From: Eukaryota sp. TZLM1-RC
Lineage: Eukaryota > Protista > Metamonada: BaSk clade
Direction: 5' to 3'
Assembly: GCA_040285825.1 (NCBI GenBank)
Contig: JAUPSS010000004.1
Location: 6,167,784-6,231,783 of the forward strand
DNA length: 64,000 bases
Made by a program: the position numbers and the translations under genes. This document shows positions 47,229 through 58,400 of this stretch, piece after piece. The notes beneath the pieces were generated by a model that was not told where the DNA came from, did not search any database, and was given only the letters and a program-made list of their open reading frames with translations. Every line of letters begins with the position of its first letter. Within the stretch, counting starts at the first letter, position 1.

Positions 47229-49001
47229 TTAGATTTTGAATATCTTTTCTAAAATCCGAACATTTGATTTTTTTGGTTTTTTCCGAGAAGGTCGATTTCC
47301 GAGAACAAAATGTAAATCTTCAGAGAATTTAAACAAAGGAAATACATTTGGTGATCTTCTGTTGCTCATCCCAGAAATTTGCAGAAAATTCAATTTATCC
47401 AAAATTTGGGCCGAATTCCAAACTTTCAAATAAACAGCAACTAAATTACTGCTAAGAAGCTGATTACTAGGAATTTCTAAATATTGACTTGGCAAATTTT
47501 CAAAACTTTCAAAGGACGAATTAGAATGTGATCTTGCCAATTTTGGTTTCCTTTTTCTACTTTTAGCTACATTTTTTTGGTGATTTAATCTAATTTCAGC
47601 ACGAATACCATCCAAAAAGCTCAATAAATGATTAGAATTCTCTCTTGAAAAACGAGAAATAGGATTGCACATAAATAAATCTAAAAGCGATATTGCAGTA
47701 TCCTTTCCGATCCCCCTCCAAATAAAAGGGTCAAAAAACTTCGTCATGACGTGATGGGAGTCAGAAATACCATGACCGGTATTGACCAACGGAGAAATTT
47801 GATTAAGACTTCTACAACAATTAGGATTTGATTCTAAAGTGAAACAAAAACAAACTTTGCCCTTCTTAAACAACGCAACTCTTGAAGATCCACTCTTGGA
47901 CATTCCCTGCTTGTCTTTGCTATTCATACTTTTGGAACTAAATACACACTGTCTGTAGTCGAAATAAGGGGAATTGGCAGCTAGGATCTTTGCAAATAAT
48001 TGATTCATTAACTGCAAATCATCGGATTGGTGATGATTTCCAAAAACAAATACACTTTTTTTAGAAGCATGGGCGTGGAAGTCGATGATGCAGGCAATTG
48101 TGGATAAATTTGAGTAAAATTCAGTTAATTTGGAGATTGCAAATACTGTAGGTTGGTGAATCAAATCGGGAAAGTCGAAAAACCTATTTAAATTCTTTCC
48201 ATATGCGTCCATTCTGTAATGTCCTCGAGCCACACCATCAGGATTGAGTACTGGAATGACTTTTATTGTGAATAATTGAATAATTAATTCAGCACGAGGG
48301 TCACCAGAAAAAAGAAAGTTTAACAATCCCTCAAGCATGAAGGAAGCAGATGTTTCACCAGGATGGCTCCTTGCTAAGAAAAGAACGACAGGTCTTGAAG
48401 GAAAGAACTTTGGTCTGGAAGTAAGAAGAGAGAGGTCATGGATTGGTGGTTCTACACCAATAGATTCTTGAGGAGAAACAGAAGAGTTTGAGGTAATCGT
48501 TAATAGTGGAAGTGGGTGTTGATCAATGGAGTTTATGGCTGATTCATGATGTAAGTAAATGGAAGACGGACATGATCTGACCAGATGGTCTACATGGCTG
48601 TAGATCTGACTTAGTGGATAAGGGTAAGTCCAAGCAAAAGAGATGGTATGTGTGCATGTAAATATATGACAGAAAGAAAGATAGTTGATGTCATTAGCAG
48701 AATAGAATCTTGGGGTTGAATCGATACGTTTCCAATCAAAACAGGAAGGACAGTACACTACTGGTTTAAAACCATTCTTATAAAGAGATTCATGGTTACC
48801 AGTGTGGGAGATGGTGAAAGTGATACGTTCATTGAGTGGACAATTGGATACTTGGAAGTAGAACCAGCTTCGAGGAGAAGTACTGTTTGCATCAGAATGA
48901 GTTGACAATATGAACGAATTGTGACCATTATGCTCAACAGTAGCAAGATTACCACTGTCAAAGTCGCTAGAAAAGGTTACATTGGCGATTTGTTCAAGCA
49001 T
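47229..49001 (-). CDS. Cytosolic carboxypeptidase CCP5/AGBL5-like (tubulin deglutamylase, M14D)
   Basis: FDSGNL, WFYF, YPY, HPGE, NPDGV..GHYR, NLNR, DFHAHASKK; likely ATG at 49001. Confidence 0.88.
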   Translation of the reverse strand: MLEQIANVTFSSDFDSGNLATVEHNGHNSFILSTHSDANSTSPRSWFYFQVSNCPLNERITFTISHTGNHESLYKNGFKPVVYCPSCFDWKRIDSTPRFYSANDINYLSFCHIFTCTHTISFAWTYPYPLSQIYSHVDHLVRSCPSSIYLHHESAINSIDQHPLPLLTITSNSSVSPQESIGVEPPIHDLSLLTSRPKFFPSRPVVLFLARSHPGETSASFMLEGLLNFLFSGDPRAELIIQLFTIKVIPVLNPDGVARGHYRMDAYGKNLNRFFDFPDLIHQPTVFAISKLTEFYSNLSTIACIIDFHAHASKKSVFVFGNHHQSDDLQLMNQLFAKILAANSPYFDYRQCVFSSKSMNSKDKQGMSKSGSSRVALFKKGKVCFCFTLESNPNCCRSLNQISPLVNTGHGISDSHHVMTKFFDPFIWRGIGKDTAISLLDLFMCNPISRFSRENSNHLLSFLDGIRAEIRLNHQKNVAKSRKRKPKLARSHSNSSFESFENLPSQYLEIPSNQLLSSNLVAVYLKVWNSAQILDKLNFLQISGMSNRRSPNVFPLFKFSEDLHFVLGNRPSRKKPKKSNVRILEKIFKI

Positions 49002-49179
49002 TCTGTTGTTACTGTGAATTTCTATCAAAACGCACTTCTGGCTTTTGACCAATTCATGCAATCTTGATAGACGTTAAGCATACTCTTTAGATCTATCACT
49101 ATATGATATCACGATCAAATGATAGTTAAAGCAGCAACATCACAATACGCGTACAGGTACGCAATACATGGAAAAACAC

Positions 49180-50308
49180 TTATCTACGGGGTCTCCGGAA
49201 CGCCTCAGGTCTTTCATTGTGGTAGTGCTCACTTATGGCAATCTCCAGTTGGTTTCTGGAAGCTGAGCTGTCCCTCGACCAGAGTGTCTGACATTGAGGA
49301 CATAGAAACTTATCATTGTTCACCCTCCCATCATCGTGATACAACTTTTGATTGAATACCTTACAGCAATTCGTTTTGGCAGATGTGTAGAATTCATCTC
49401 CATTAGGCTTCACATATGTAAAATGTTTCTGAATCTCCTTCAAAAAGCGCTTCCTTGGGGTTTTCACAGATTGTCTTGATGGCCCATCACCTCCACTACC
49501 AAACCAAATTATGGTTTCTCTTCCATTAGCCATTAGTTTAATTTTTTCAATTAATCCCATTATCCTTTTTTGCCTTCTTATAAAGAAATCAAACTTGTTG
49601 CGGCACATGGCTCGGCGATCTCCATTTATCAGCAGTTGGTCTAGTATAGTTCTCAGACGGAAGTCGGGATTCCTGATTTCTTCCTGTGTCGGTACCCACA
49701 TCAAAGGCATTGCTATTTCATTAAGATATTTGTGTAAATTCTTAGCAAAATAGCAATTAGGTGATGCATGGGTCAGGACCGAGGGGTGAATGATCTTCCT
49801 TGCCTTTGGATTCAGAACAAGGGTCCGAAAGTTGATGATCAACATTGTTATTATCAATTCTCGATCCAATTGAATAACCACACAAATTTTTGTGATTAGG
49901 ATCAATTGCATTTCTTCGCATGGTGTCGGATGCAATATTTTCCAGAAGGGATAAAATATTTAGCCCAGCAGTGAATAAGAAGGTGATGTTGTCTGAACTG
50001 AGATCAACATTGTCCAGCATTAACATAGCGTCAAAACGATGAGGGTCGGCAACCTGCTGAGTAAATAGGTCCATTATGTACTCATGGTGACCTTCATCAT
50101 ACCATGCGCGCAAAGAGTCAGGAATAGTGGCTGCAGTCGTGTTCACCACTAATGAAGCATATTTCTTTGGGCAAGAGCACTCAAAGAAGGTAGCCATTGT
50201 CCGGAAGAAGTTCAGCTTCCAGGAGACAGGGCCATCAGTAAGTATTTGACAAAAGCTGTTCGCCATTTGCAGTGCGCGAAAGCTTCTAATGTCAGAGTGG
50301 CACCAGTT
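49180..50308 (-). pseudogene. Fanzor1 (distinct, more GC-rich family): RuvC half with one frameshift
   Basis: ILTDG, AIDPNHKNL (RuvC-I), IWFGSG, DEFYTS (RuvC-II), CC...CPQC, WSRDSSASRN (RuvC-III), ERPEAFRRP. Confidence 0.88.
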
Positions 50309-51160
50309 GGTGTTTGCATCTTCGATTGTCATTTCGTTAGACTCTACCATTTAGTTACTGTCGTCATCTACTCAGTATATTTTGTCGCCCATCGTTTTTG
50401 TTTTTCATTCATCCTATTTTTCAAAGACCAGGACATCTGAGTCATTCTCAACCATTTGTACTTCTTGTCTTGATTCATCACCCGACTATTTCTTTGATGT
50501 TCAGTTTCATGTTCAGGCACCATGGCTAGTTCTTGATCAGTCTTTTTACTCCCAAAATACAATAAATCACGTTTTCCAGGATCACAAACAACAATTCGTT
50601 TGTCTTGAAAAGCATCAACATCAACATCATCAATCTATAAATCCGAAATACTAGCCTTGTTGTCTGGCTTACATCTCTGACCTTGTAAATCCTGACAAAC
50701 AAATTCTACTGCAATATTAAATCCATCTGTGTGGATAATGTTGTTGAATTCATAGCTCTTCGGTTTGAGCATTGGTTGGTTTAAATCGAGAATATTAGAC
50801 CAAAAGTCAAATTGCTCAGGTGGTTTGAGTTTCGTAATTTGGGCTAGTGTATTGGACATTTTCAGCGTCTGTGTAGATATTAAATCATCAATTAATTTTT
50901 GTCTAATAATTGTCCATATTGTTCTTGTATCAATAGAAAAAAATCCACGGCCTACAGTGGTTGAAACACTGGAAAAATATGATAAGGTTTTCTCTCTCTA
51001 CTGTAGATATATTAGGCAATTGTAATTGCTGGTTTTAGGAATAATTGAAGATCTTTTTCAACATCATCTGCAAGAAGATGTATATCCACTGGAAATATGT
51101 TATCAACTAAATTCTCGTCAGTGACCAAATTCTCAATTTTAAATTCCAATAATCTCAACA
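50309..51160 (-). pseudogene. Internal fragment of a second copy of the 4.6-6.8 kb Fanzor family
   Basis: Reverse-complement similarity to ~5340-6170 (IIHTDG, CDPGKRDL, KWLRMTQMSW, MTIEDANT). Confidence 0.88.
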
Positions 51161-51532
51161 GGTTACCACTGTTTGACGTTTTGTGTTATTAGCCGATGTC
51201 CAGAGTGACAATAGAGGTATCGAAAAGTGAAGATCTCCCATTCAAATGTGTGTTTGTTTCACTGTCCACGTGGTCAGCAACAATTATTACACACAATTTG
51301 TTGCAATAGATTCCACCTTAATTATTGTTTCAGTAGTCACTGATTTTGATGTCTTTTTCGAAGTAAGAAAATAGTGGTGCTACTGTTGGGTTTCAAGTCT
51401 GTTGTTAGAAAACTTGAGAATGTCAAAAACGGGCTTAGTTGAACATCAACTGAATACAATTAAATCACACTATATCAATGAATTCAACTAAAAATTTGGT
51501 TAAATATTTATTACAGACGATATCAACTGATT

Positions 51533-52570
51533 TTAACAACTACATTGTTCTTTAATTTCCAAAATATACAAAGATTCGACCAACTTCAATAACGAATCAA
51601 TAGATTCAGAAACACTACCAATTTGGCTAACTTCACAAACATCCAAAAGCCCAGAAAACTGCCTTAATCTTCTAGCAACAGAAGACTTCAACTCAAACAA
51701 TGCCGACTCAATAGAATCATCAACATTACTTTTAGGATGTTCAGAAGCAAAAGGATTCATAATTGGAGCCCTCTGTTTACTTTTTGGATTGGACTGCTGC
51801 TTCTGTAATCTCTGTGGGGTATCAACCGACTGTGTCTCAATCTCATCTGCAAGCTCAACTGATCTAGGTCGGGATTTTTTAACATCAGGGATATCAATTG
51901 TTAAATCATCTTCCACACAAGTTTCAAGATCAGCTCTTCTTGACTTACCAATCTCTTGGCTTACGGGTTGTTGTTCTTCTTCTTCGGTAGGTTCAATCTT
52001 CTTCATTGTGTCCTCATCGAATTCAGCTTCGGTCACAACTCTACATTGGCAAGAGACACAATACATGGAATCTTCCTTGGAAACGAGAGGGGTGGCACAA
52101 CCAGGACAGAGCGTTTCCAATAGAGTGTATCCTTGGAGCATTTTTTCAGCAAGTGCACCACTAATGTTGTCTAAATTGGAAACATTTTGTGTGTCTTTTT
52201 CATAGCTAACAACGCTTTCATCATCAGAAGATTCCAGGTCGGAAGCGGAATGTACAGATTCAGTTTCCTCCTCAAGTTCAAGAGGTTCAGCACGGTCCTC
52301 CATTTCGAGCTTACACTTTTCAGTTTTATGTGGGGAAGAGTTAACGAAGGATGGGGAAGGTACAGGGGTGTTACTCACAAACTGAGAAGATTGATCCTCG
52401 TCGTCAGCCATGTAAATACGACAATGTGAGCAAAAGTATTTCTTTGAAGAGTCCTCCGCTTGAGGGTTACAAACCAAAGGAAGCGAGCACTTGTCATGTA
52501 CAGATTCACACAAAGACCAACCGTTAAGGAGACGTTGGCTCATTTCTTGAATTGCAGAATGTCTAGACAT
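51533..52570 (-). CDS. SSSCA1/ZNRD2 (autoantigen p27) zinc-ribbon protein with two Zn-ribbon repeats
   Basis: MSQRLLNGWSL..C..PL...YFCSHC and LAEKMLQGYTLLETLCPGCATPL...YCVSC. Confidence 0.75.
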   Translation of the reverse strand: MSRHSAIQEMSQRLLNGWSLCESVHDKCSLPLVCNPQAEDSSKKYFCSHCRIYMADDEDQSSQFVSNTPVPSPSFVNSSPHKTEKCKLEMEDRAEPLELEEETESVHSASDLESSDDESVVSYEKDTQNVSNLDNISGALAEKMLQGYTLLETLCPGCATPLVSKEDSMYCVSCQCRVVTEAEFDEDTMKKIEPTEEEEQQPVSQEIGKSRRADLETCVEDDLTIDIPDVKKSRPRSVELADEIETQSVDTPQRLQKQQSNPKSKQRAPIMNPFASEHPKSNVDDSIESALFELKSSVARRLRQFSGLLDVCEVSQIGSVSESIDSLLKLVESLYILEIKEQCSC

Positions 52571-52624
52571 CGGCTAATAGCACACTAATGTCAAATAGTA
52601 GAAAGTTTTGTATATTTTGATTTA

Positions 52625-53130
52625 TTTCAACAAAAAAAGCAACCTTTCTCTCGAGTGCACAAGCATGCCATCGAGAACTTGTTTTATATTCATCCAGTAG
52701 TAATAGACGGAAGTCAGGTTTTTTGAACATCTTTCTATAACCAACATTTGTGTAGGTGCTTGATGCTTAAAATTGGTTTGCTTCCAATCACCAATCATTA
52801 CAATGTTATTTTCTCGACCTCCAAACTTGATTCCAAATTCATTCATCCATTTTGTTTCAAACCTCTCTGTGGCCATGAATCTTCGCAGTTTCATGACTCT
52901 TAATTCTTGATTAAAGTGAAAAGCTCCAACATGTGGAACCTTGCAATAAGATGAGAATTTTTTCATGATCTAGAGTTTTCTTTCAAAATTGTGTAGACTG
53001 TGGTTTCCGTTCCTTTACAGTTGTGCTGTGATAAATCCTGGCTTTCTAGTTTTGTTGTAGAATTTCTGATAGTCTTTGTTCAGAGTTCCTCTTCTTTTTG
53101 GGGGGTAGGTAAGTCTCTTCAAAATAAATC
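52625..53130 (-). pseudogene. Fanzor remnant (bridge helix to RuvC-II)
   Basis: LRVMKLRRFM..RFETKWMNEF..KFG, VMIGDWKQTNFKHQAPT, then (shifted frame) LLLDEYKTSS. Confidence 0.78.
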
Positions 53131-53164
53131 CCTTTAGTTTCGATTTTCTTTTAAGCAACATTTA

Positions 53165-53680
53165 TTTATTCAACAGCTTATTCAATCAACTTCTTAATAA
53201 TCCATCTCTCCGAAAACAAAACAACTAGATGCATCTCTCTCATTGTGAAATCCAAGAGAAAGCAAAACAACAGAAACCTTTTTCAACATCCCTTTAAAAA
53301 TAGAAAACACAATTCTTTTTTCCCAAACAATTTGTCAAAATTTTCATTGCTCAATTACTTCACAATCATTTCAAAATCTGCCAAAAACGTTAGGCCTTTG
53401 GAGCAAGTGAACCAAATAGAGAATATACAATTGGAGACAGATTGTATTTTGCATGCTGCTGGGTGGACAATTTGGACAAAGGTTCACTATATTGTTTGTT
53501 TTTGAAATTTTAAACATTTGAAATAGAAATATGAGTTTCAGAATTCACAAGACTTTCATTTGAGGCATTACAAAGATCAACAGGCATTACATCCAATAAA
53601 ATCTAGGTTCAATCTAATCCAGGTGATATGACATCACCTCTATTATCCTTATGAAAATAATTTTCGGCATTAAAGATTTA
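53165..53680 (-). mobile_element. Degenerate 3' fragment of family C retrotransposon
   Basis: Nucleotide similarity to 39757-40260. Confidence 0.75.
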
Positions 53681-54419
53681 AGTTCTTGTTTTCATGAACA
53701 GAGGTTTTTTGTTTAAGTCTTGAAGCAGTGAATATTTAAAAAAATTTTTAAAATTGTTGCTTTTTATCTGTTCTAATTCTGTTTATAAAACCATTATTTC
53801 TTTCTTTGTTTTTTATGGTTTCATTCATACCATTCTAATTTTAAATATGTTACCGTCGCTGGCGATTCATTTAACTTGCTGGAAATTGACCACTCTAGTT
53901 TTCGTTTCCCTGGCATTAATTGGGAATTGATGCCAGTGTCAATTACTGCAAAGGTTTACCTGTAGCTAAAATTAATTAAGTTCATTGGCACAAGTACGGT
54001 AGGACTAGGTTCAGAAATTCATTCATCAATTGTCCATATTTTTGTTTTACCATAAAATCAAGCCAATCCGAATATTCCTCAATACTGTTGTGGTGAATCG
54101 TTGCCGCAGCTTTGACATACAATCAAGGACTTTCTTTGGACAGATTTTGGGAATATTAGTTTTCGACTATTTTCTAACCTTTTACTTGAATAATCATGCT
54201 TTAATATTGTTTTGGATTTCCAGCGTGCAGCTGTGATTTGGTATCAATGATCGTATTAATTTTTTCTTCCAGGACAAAACAGAATAAAGAATCAAACCTT
54301 AATATGGTAGGACACAACATGTGGAGTTTTAATTGTGTATTTTATGTTTTCATATTTCTTGTTGAATAAAATTGCTGATATTTAAGAAAAATTAATATGG
54401 TAGGATGTCTAAACAATGA

Positions 54420-54985
54420 TTGATGTGTAAGTCTCATAGAATTGAATCCTTTTTTGAACCTCTGTTGTCAAATCTGTTTGATACTGATGATTTTCATAAG
54501 AATAATAGAGGTGATGTTATATTACCTGGATTAGATGGAACCTTCATTTTATTAAATGTTATGTCTGTTGATCCTTGTAGTGTCTCAAATGAAAGACTTG
54601 ATAATTTCAAAATTCATAATCCTCTTTCGAATGCTGAAAATTTCAAAATCAAAAAATACAATGAACCTTTGTCCAAATTGGCCAGTCAACAGCACGCAAA
54701 ATACAATTTGTATCATTTGTATTTTCTCTTTTTAGTTCACTTGCTCCAACGGCTTTACGTTTTTTGGAAGATTTTAAAATGATTGTAAAGAGAAGAACTA
54801 ACAAAAATTTCAACAGATTGTTTTGACAAAATAGAATTGTGTTTTCTATTTTTAAGGGGATGTTGAAGATGGTTTCTGATGCTTTGCTTTCTCTTGGATC
54901 TCATTATGAGAGAGTTGCATCTAGTGTTTTTGTTTTGGGAGAGTTGGATTATTAGGACGTTGATTTATAGGTTTTTAATAAAATT
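54420..54985 (+). mobile_element. 3' fragment of family C retrotransposon
   Basis: CKSHRIESF, RGDVILPGLDG; ends GELDY..VDL followed by AATAAA. Confidence 0.85.
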
Positions 54986-55009
54986 AATAATAATAATAAA
55001 AAGAAAATG

Positions 55010-55240
55010 GTCAGTTCTTCATAATGCCGTTCGTGATGTGACATAAGAGATGTTCAAGTGTTACAATTTTAGTTGCAAAGTAGAACCGTTGTTGAAGCAT
55101 TATAGTGATAATAATCTGTTTAATTCACGTCGAGGTGATATAATTGCTCCTTTTGTGGATTCCTCTCAAGTTGTTGTTGATTTTACTACAGTTGATCCCT
55201 TTGCTTTTATTTATCGTGATGATGTTAAATACAAACTTTA
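55010..55240 (+). mobile_element. RLE fragment of a fourth retrotransposon family (D)
   Basis: LHNAVRDV, KVEPLL, RRGDIIAP..VVVDFTTVDP. Confidence 0.7.
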
Positions 55241-55422
55241 AAAGAAAACAAAAGTTTGTTTTTCCATCAAGTTTTATCAATTTTATTGACAAAATCATAT
55301 CATTGTTTTGGAAACATTATCCACACGTTTTGGTTAATCAACCCTAAGATACAGTGGAGTAACTTTAATCGAATAGAGAAAAGTAGCTGTGTACAAAATG
55401 TATTTAGGCTGCTGCCATGTAA

Positions 55423-58400
55423 ATAATATTTATTGAATTTGGACACTTAATTAAATTAACTCATAACTAATGGACGACTATCATTGAACCAAGATTTCAT
55501 CTAGAAAATCTTGATCTGCTTGCTGTCTAGCTAAAGCTTCTCTTATTCGATTGAAAAACCGAGGTAATCTATTAATAATGGCAAATTGAATCCGTGAACG
55601 CCATAAAAAAATATCAAATATTTTCATTGTTTTTTCTTGCATCATTTTTTTGTCAGTCATTCAAAAAAGTTTCTGCTTCATCTGATAATCTTCCATTTAT
55701 CGAAAATGGGAAAGCAATAAAAACCAGCTGTGTATTTCTATCGACATTAGCCTCTTCAATATCTTTATCATATTTTCTATGGTTTTCTTTTGCTTTAAAA
55801 TCCAGAGCAGCCACAGGATTAAGTTTTCTTCTGTGAACCAAAGTATCGTTTGCAACATTACATGAGACAAAGTCAACAATAGCTTCAGAATTATCAATCC
55901 AATCACAATATACATCACCTCTATCATCAGAACCAAAATTATTCAGAGAAAGTGTTTCCTTCAGCAGGGGCTCTTTGATACACGATATTCTTGCAGTTTG
56001 TGCCATATTGAAAACAGTGTCTCTAACAGCACCATGTAATAAAGAACGATAAGTTATCAATTTAGAGCAATTCAGAGCATGGTGCAAAGTGAGTTGAGGT
56101 GAATTCGAACAAATACATTTTTCTTTTGATAATAATTGATTAATGGGGATATTCAAATATAATCTCATTTGTGTTACAATTGCTTCATTAGTGGCACACA
56201 ATCCAAATCTTCGTGGTACAATGGTTACAAAAAGTGAAGAATCTGATGACTTGTTTTCACAAACACCCTTTTCCAATAACAATGAGTGAAGATCTTGATT
56301 TAAAACAGCCGAGCTGCATACATTATTATAAAGATCTTTTTCATACATTTCAGTCAATCGTTTCTGTAATGTTCGAAGAGTGTACTTCAAATTTAAAACA
56401 TTTTCTTCTGGAATATTGCCATTGAATGATTGGGGAAAACATCGACCTTATTTTTCTACATCAATTTTTGAAATTTCTTCATTTAATGCAAAAACAGTGG
56501 AACTTTGCGTTGTCATCAATAAATCTTCCCAATCTGCAAATCTTTCGGAAAACTCAAAGATTGCATTTCTGCATCCTCCAACAAAAGCACACGAGGTAAG
56601 AATAGAAGCCTTCGTCCACCCTAAACCGCCATAATGTGGACTAAGGTAAGCATGGTTTGGAATTTGGAAAATTGTACATCCCAGTAATTGTGACAGAACT
56701 TTTGTACGTTATTCATTAAACTTCTGAGCCAAAGGCCTAGCGACAAGAGGATATGTAGATCGAAATATATGATTAAAATTGGAATTAAAACACAGTCTTA
56801 TAATGGTAAATTTGATGTGTTGTTGCATATCTAAATTCATCATTCAGTCAATTTTGTCAGAAATTGAGTTCAACTTTTCAAACAATTTTTTGGTAATTTC
56901 ACCATTATTTGCTAAAAACGAACCCAAATGACGAATAGGATCAATTGAATATAATTTGGCTTGAATTTCAATACCATCAACTATTGTGGAAACTGGAGAA
57001 TTCGATAACAAAACACATTTAACTCAATTAAGTCGGAGACCAATTTTGGTAAATAATTCTTTAAAACATACAGTTGCTTGTTTCACAATATTTAAATCAC
57101 CAATAAGCACAACATCATTCATGTATGCAATCATTTTTAGTGAAGGAAACATCTCTTGAATTTGCAGTAAAATAGGATGAATGTCCAAACAAAACAAAAG
57201 AGGTCCTAACGGATCTCCTTGCTTTACACTACTAGATGAACTCAAAATGCTATCACCCAAATGTAAATTAGAATATGTGCAATATGTTGATTGAAAATAC
57301 GGCATTAATTCCGGCATATATTGCAATAGAGCACCATGGATACTGCGACGACTGAGTGAATTGAAAGCATTACTAAAATCCAATGACATACAAACATTGG
57401 ATTCATTTTGGCGAAATAATACATCAGTAGCCAATATTGCTGAAGAGACTCCATCCGTGGTATTAATTTTATATTGAAAGGGTAATAAAATCTTTTTTGC
57501 TTTCTCATTGAACCTGCTTAAGCAACACGCGGAAAAAATATTTTGTAAGCTCTAAGAGACTGCAATAGGACGAACATCCAATTTTGAATTTTTGACAAGT
57601 GCAGTCAAACGAGAACTTCTTAATTCATCTGGATATCTGAGTTGTCCATTCAATATTTTGTTGAAAAATATGGTTAATAAACCAAGACAATCCTCTGAAG
57701 AAATAATTGCGGCTTTTACATGATCGATAGTAATACCAGAAAGTCCGGCAGACTTACCGCGTGGTCTCTTTTTTATCACCGAAAATACTTCTGATGGCAT
57801 CAATGGATAATTTTCCCAGTAAGTGCCGTAAAAATTTTGATCCAATATAGGGTCTTCATAAGGATGAAGTATTTTGAGTTTATCTATGGTATTTTCATTG
57901 TTGGGTGCTTTAACTCCGGGGCTTAAAGCTGACAAAGCCTTGGACCATTTGTTGTCAAAGCATCTGTCTTCAAAAATTTTACTTAATTTCTCGGATGACT
58001 GATTTCTCGGTGCTATATCAGTTAAATCTTCGGAATTATTTACGAAATTTTGTTCAACAGGGGGACAAACAGAACCAAAAAATTCCCAAAAAATATTGAA
58101 TATTAAATACTTTCCTTTACATAATTGATCCAAAAATCTTTGAAAAACGAAAGCAAATTCATTGCATTTTGACTGATGAATTTGTTGAGGTATTTTTATG
58201 GGAGGATGGTAGTTATCAACTATGCGGCATTTCAAGCATCGATCAGAAGTTTTTCCATTTGCATTTTTTCTAAAAGAAATACCACAATTGTTGCAAATTT
58301 TGTGCTTCAATCGATTGCTAACTGGTTTTGCAACAACTTATGGAGAATCATTTATTGGTTCTACCTTAGACTCTTTTCTTCTAATAAATTTTCTTTTACA

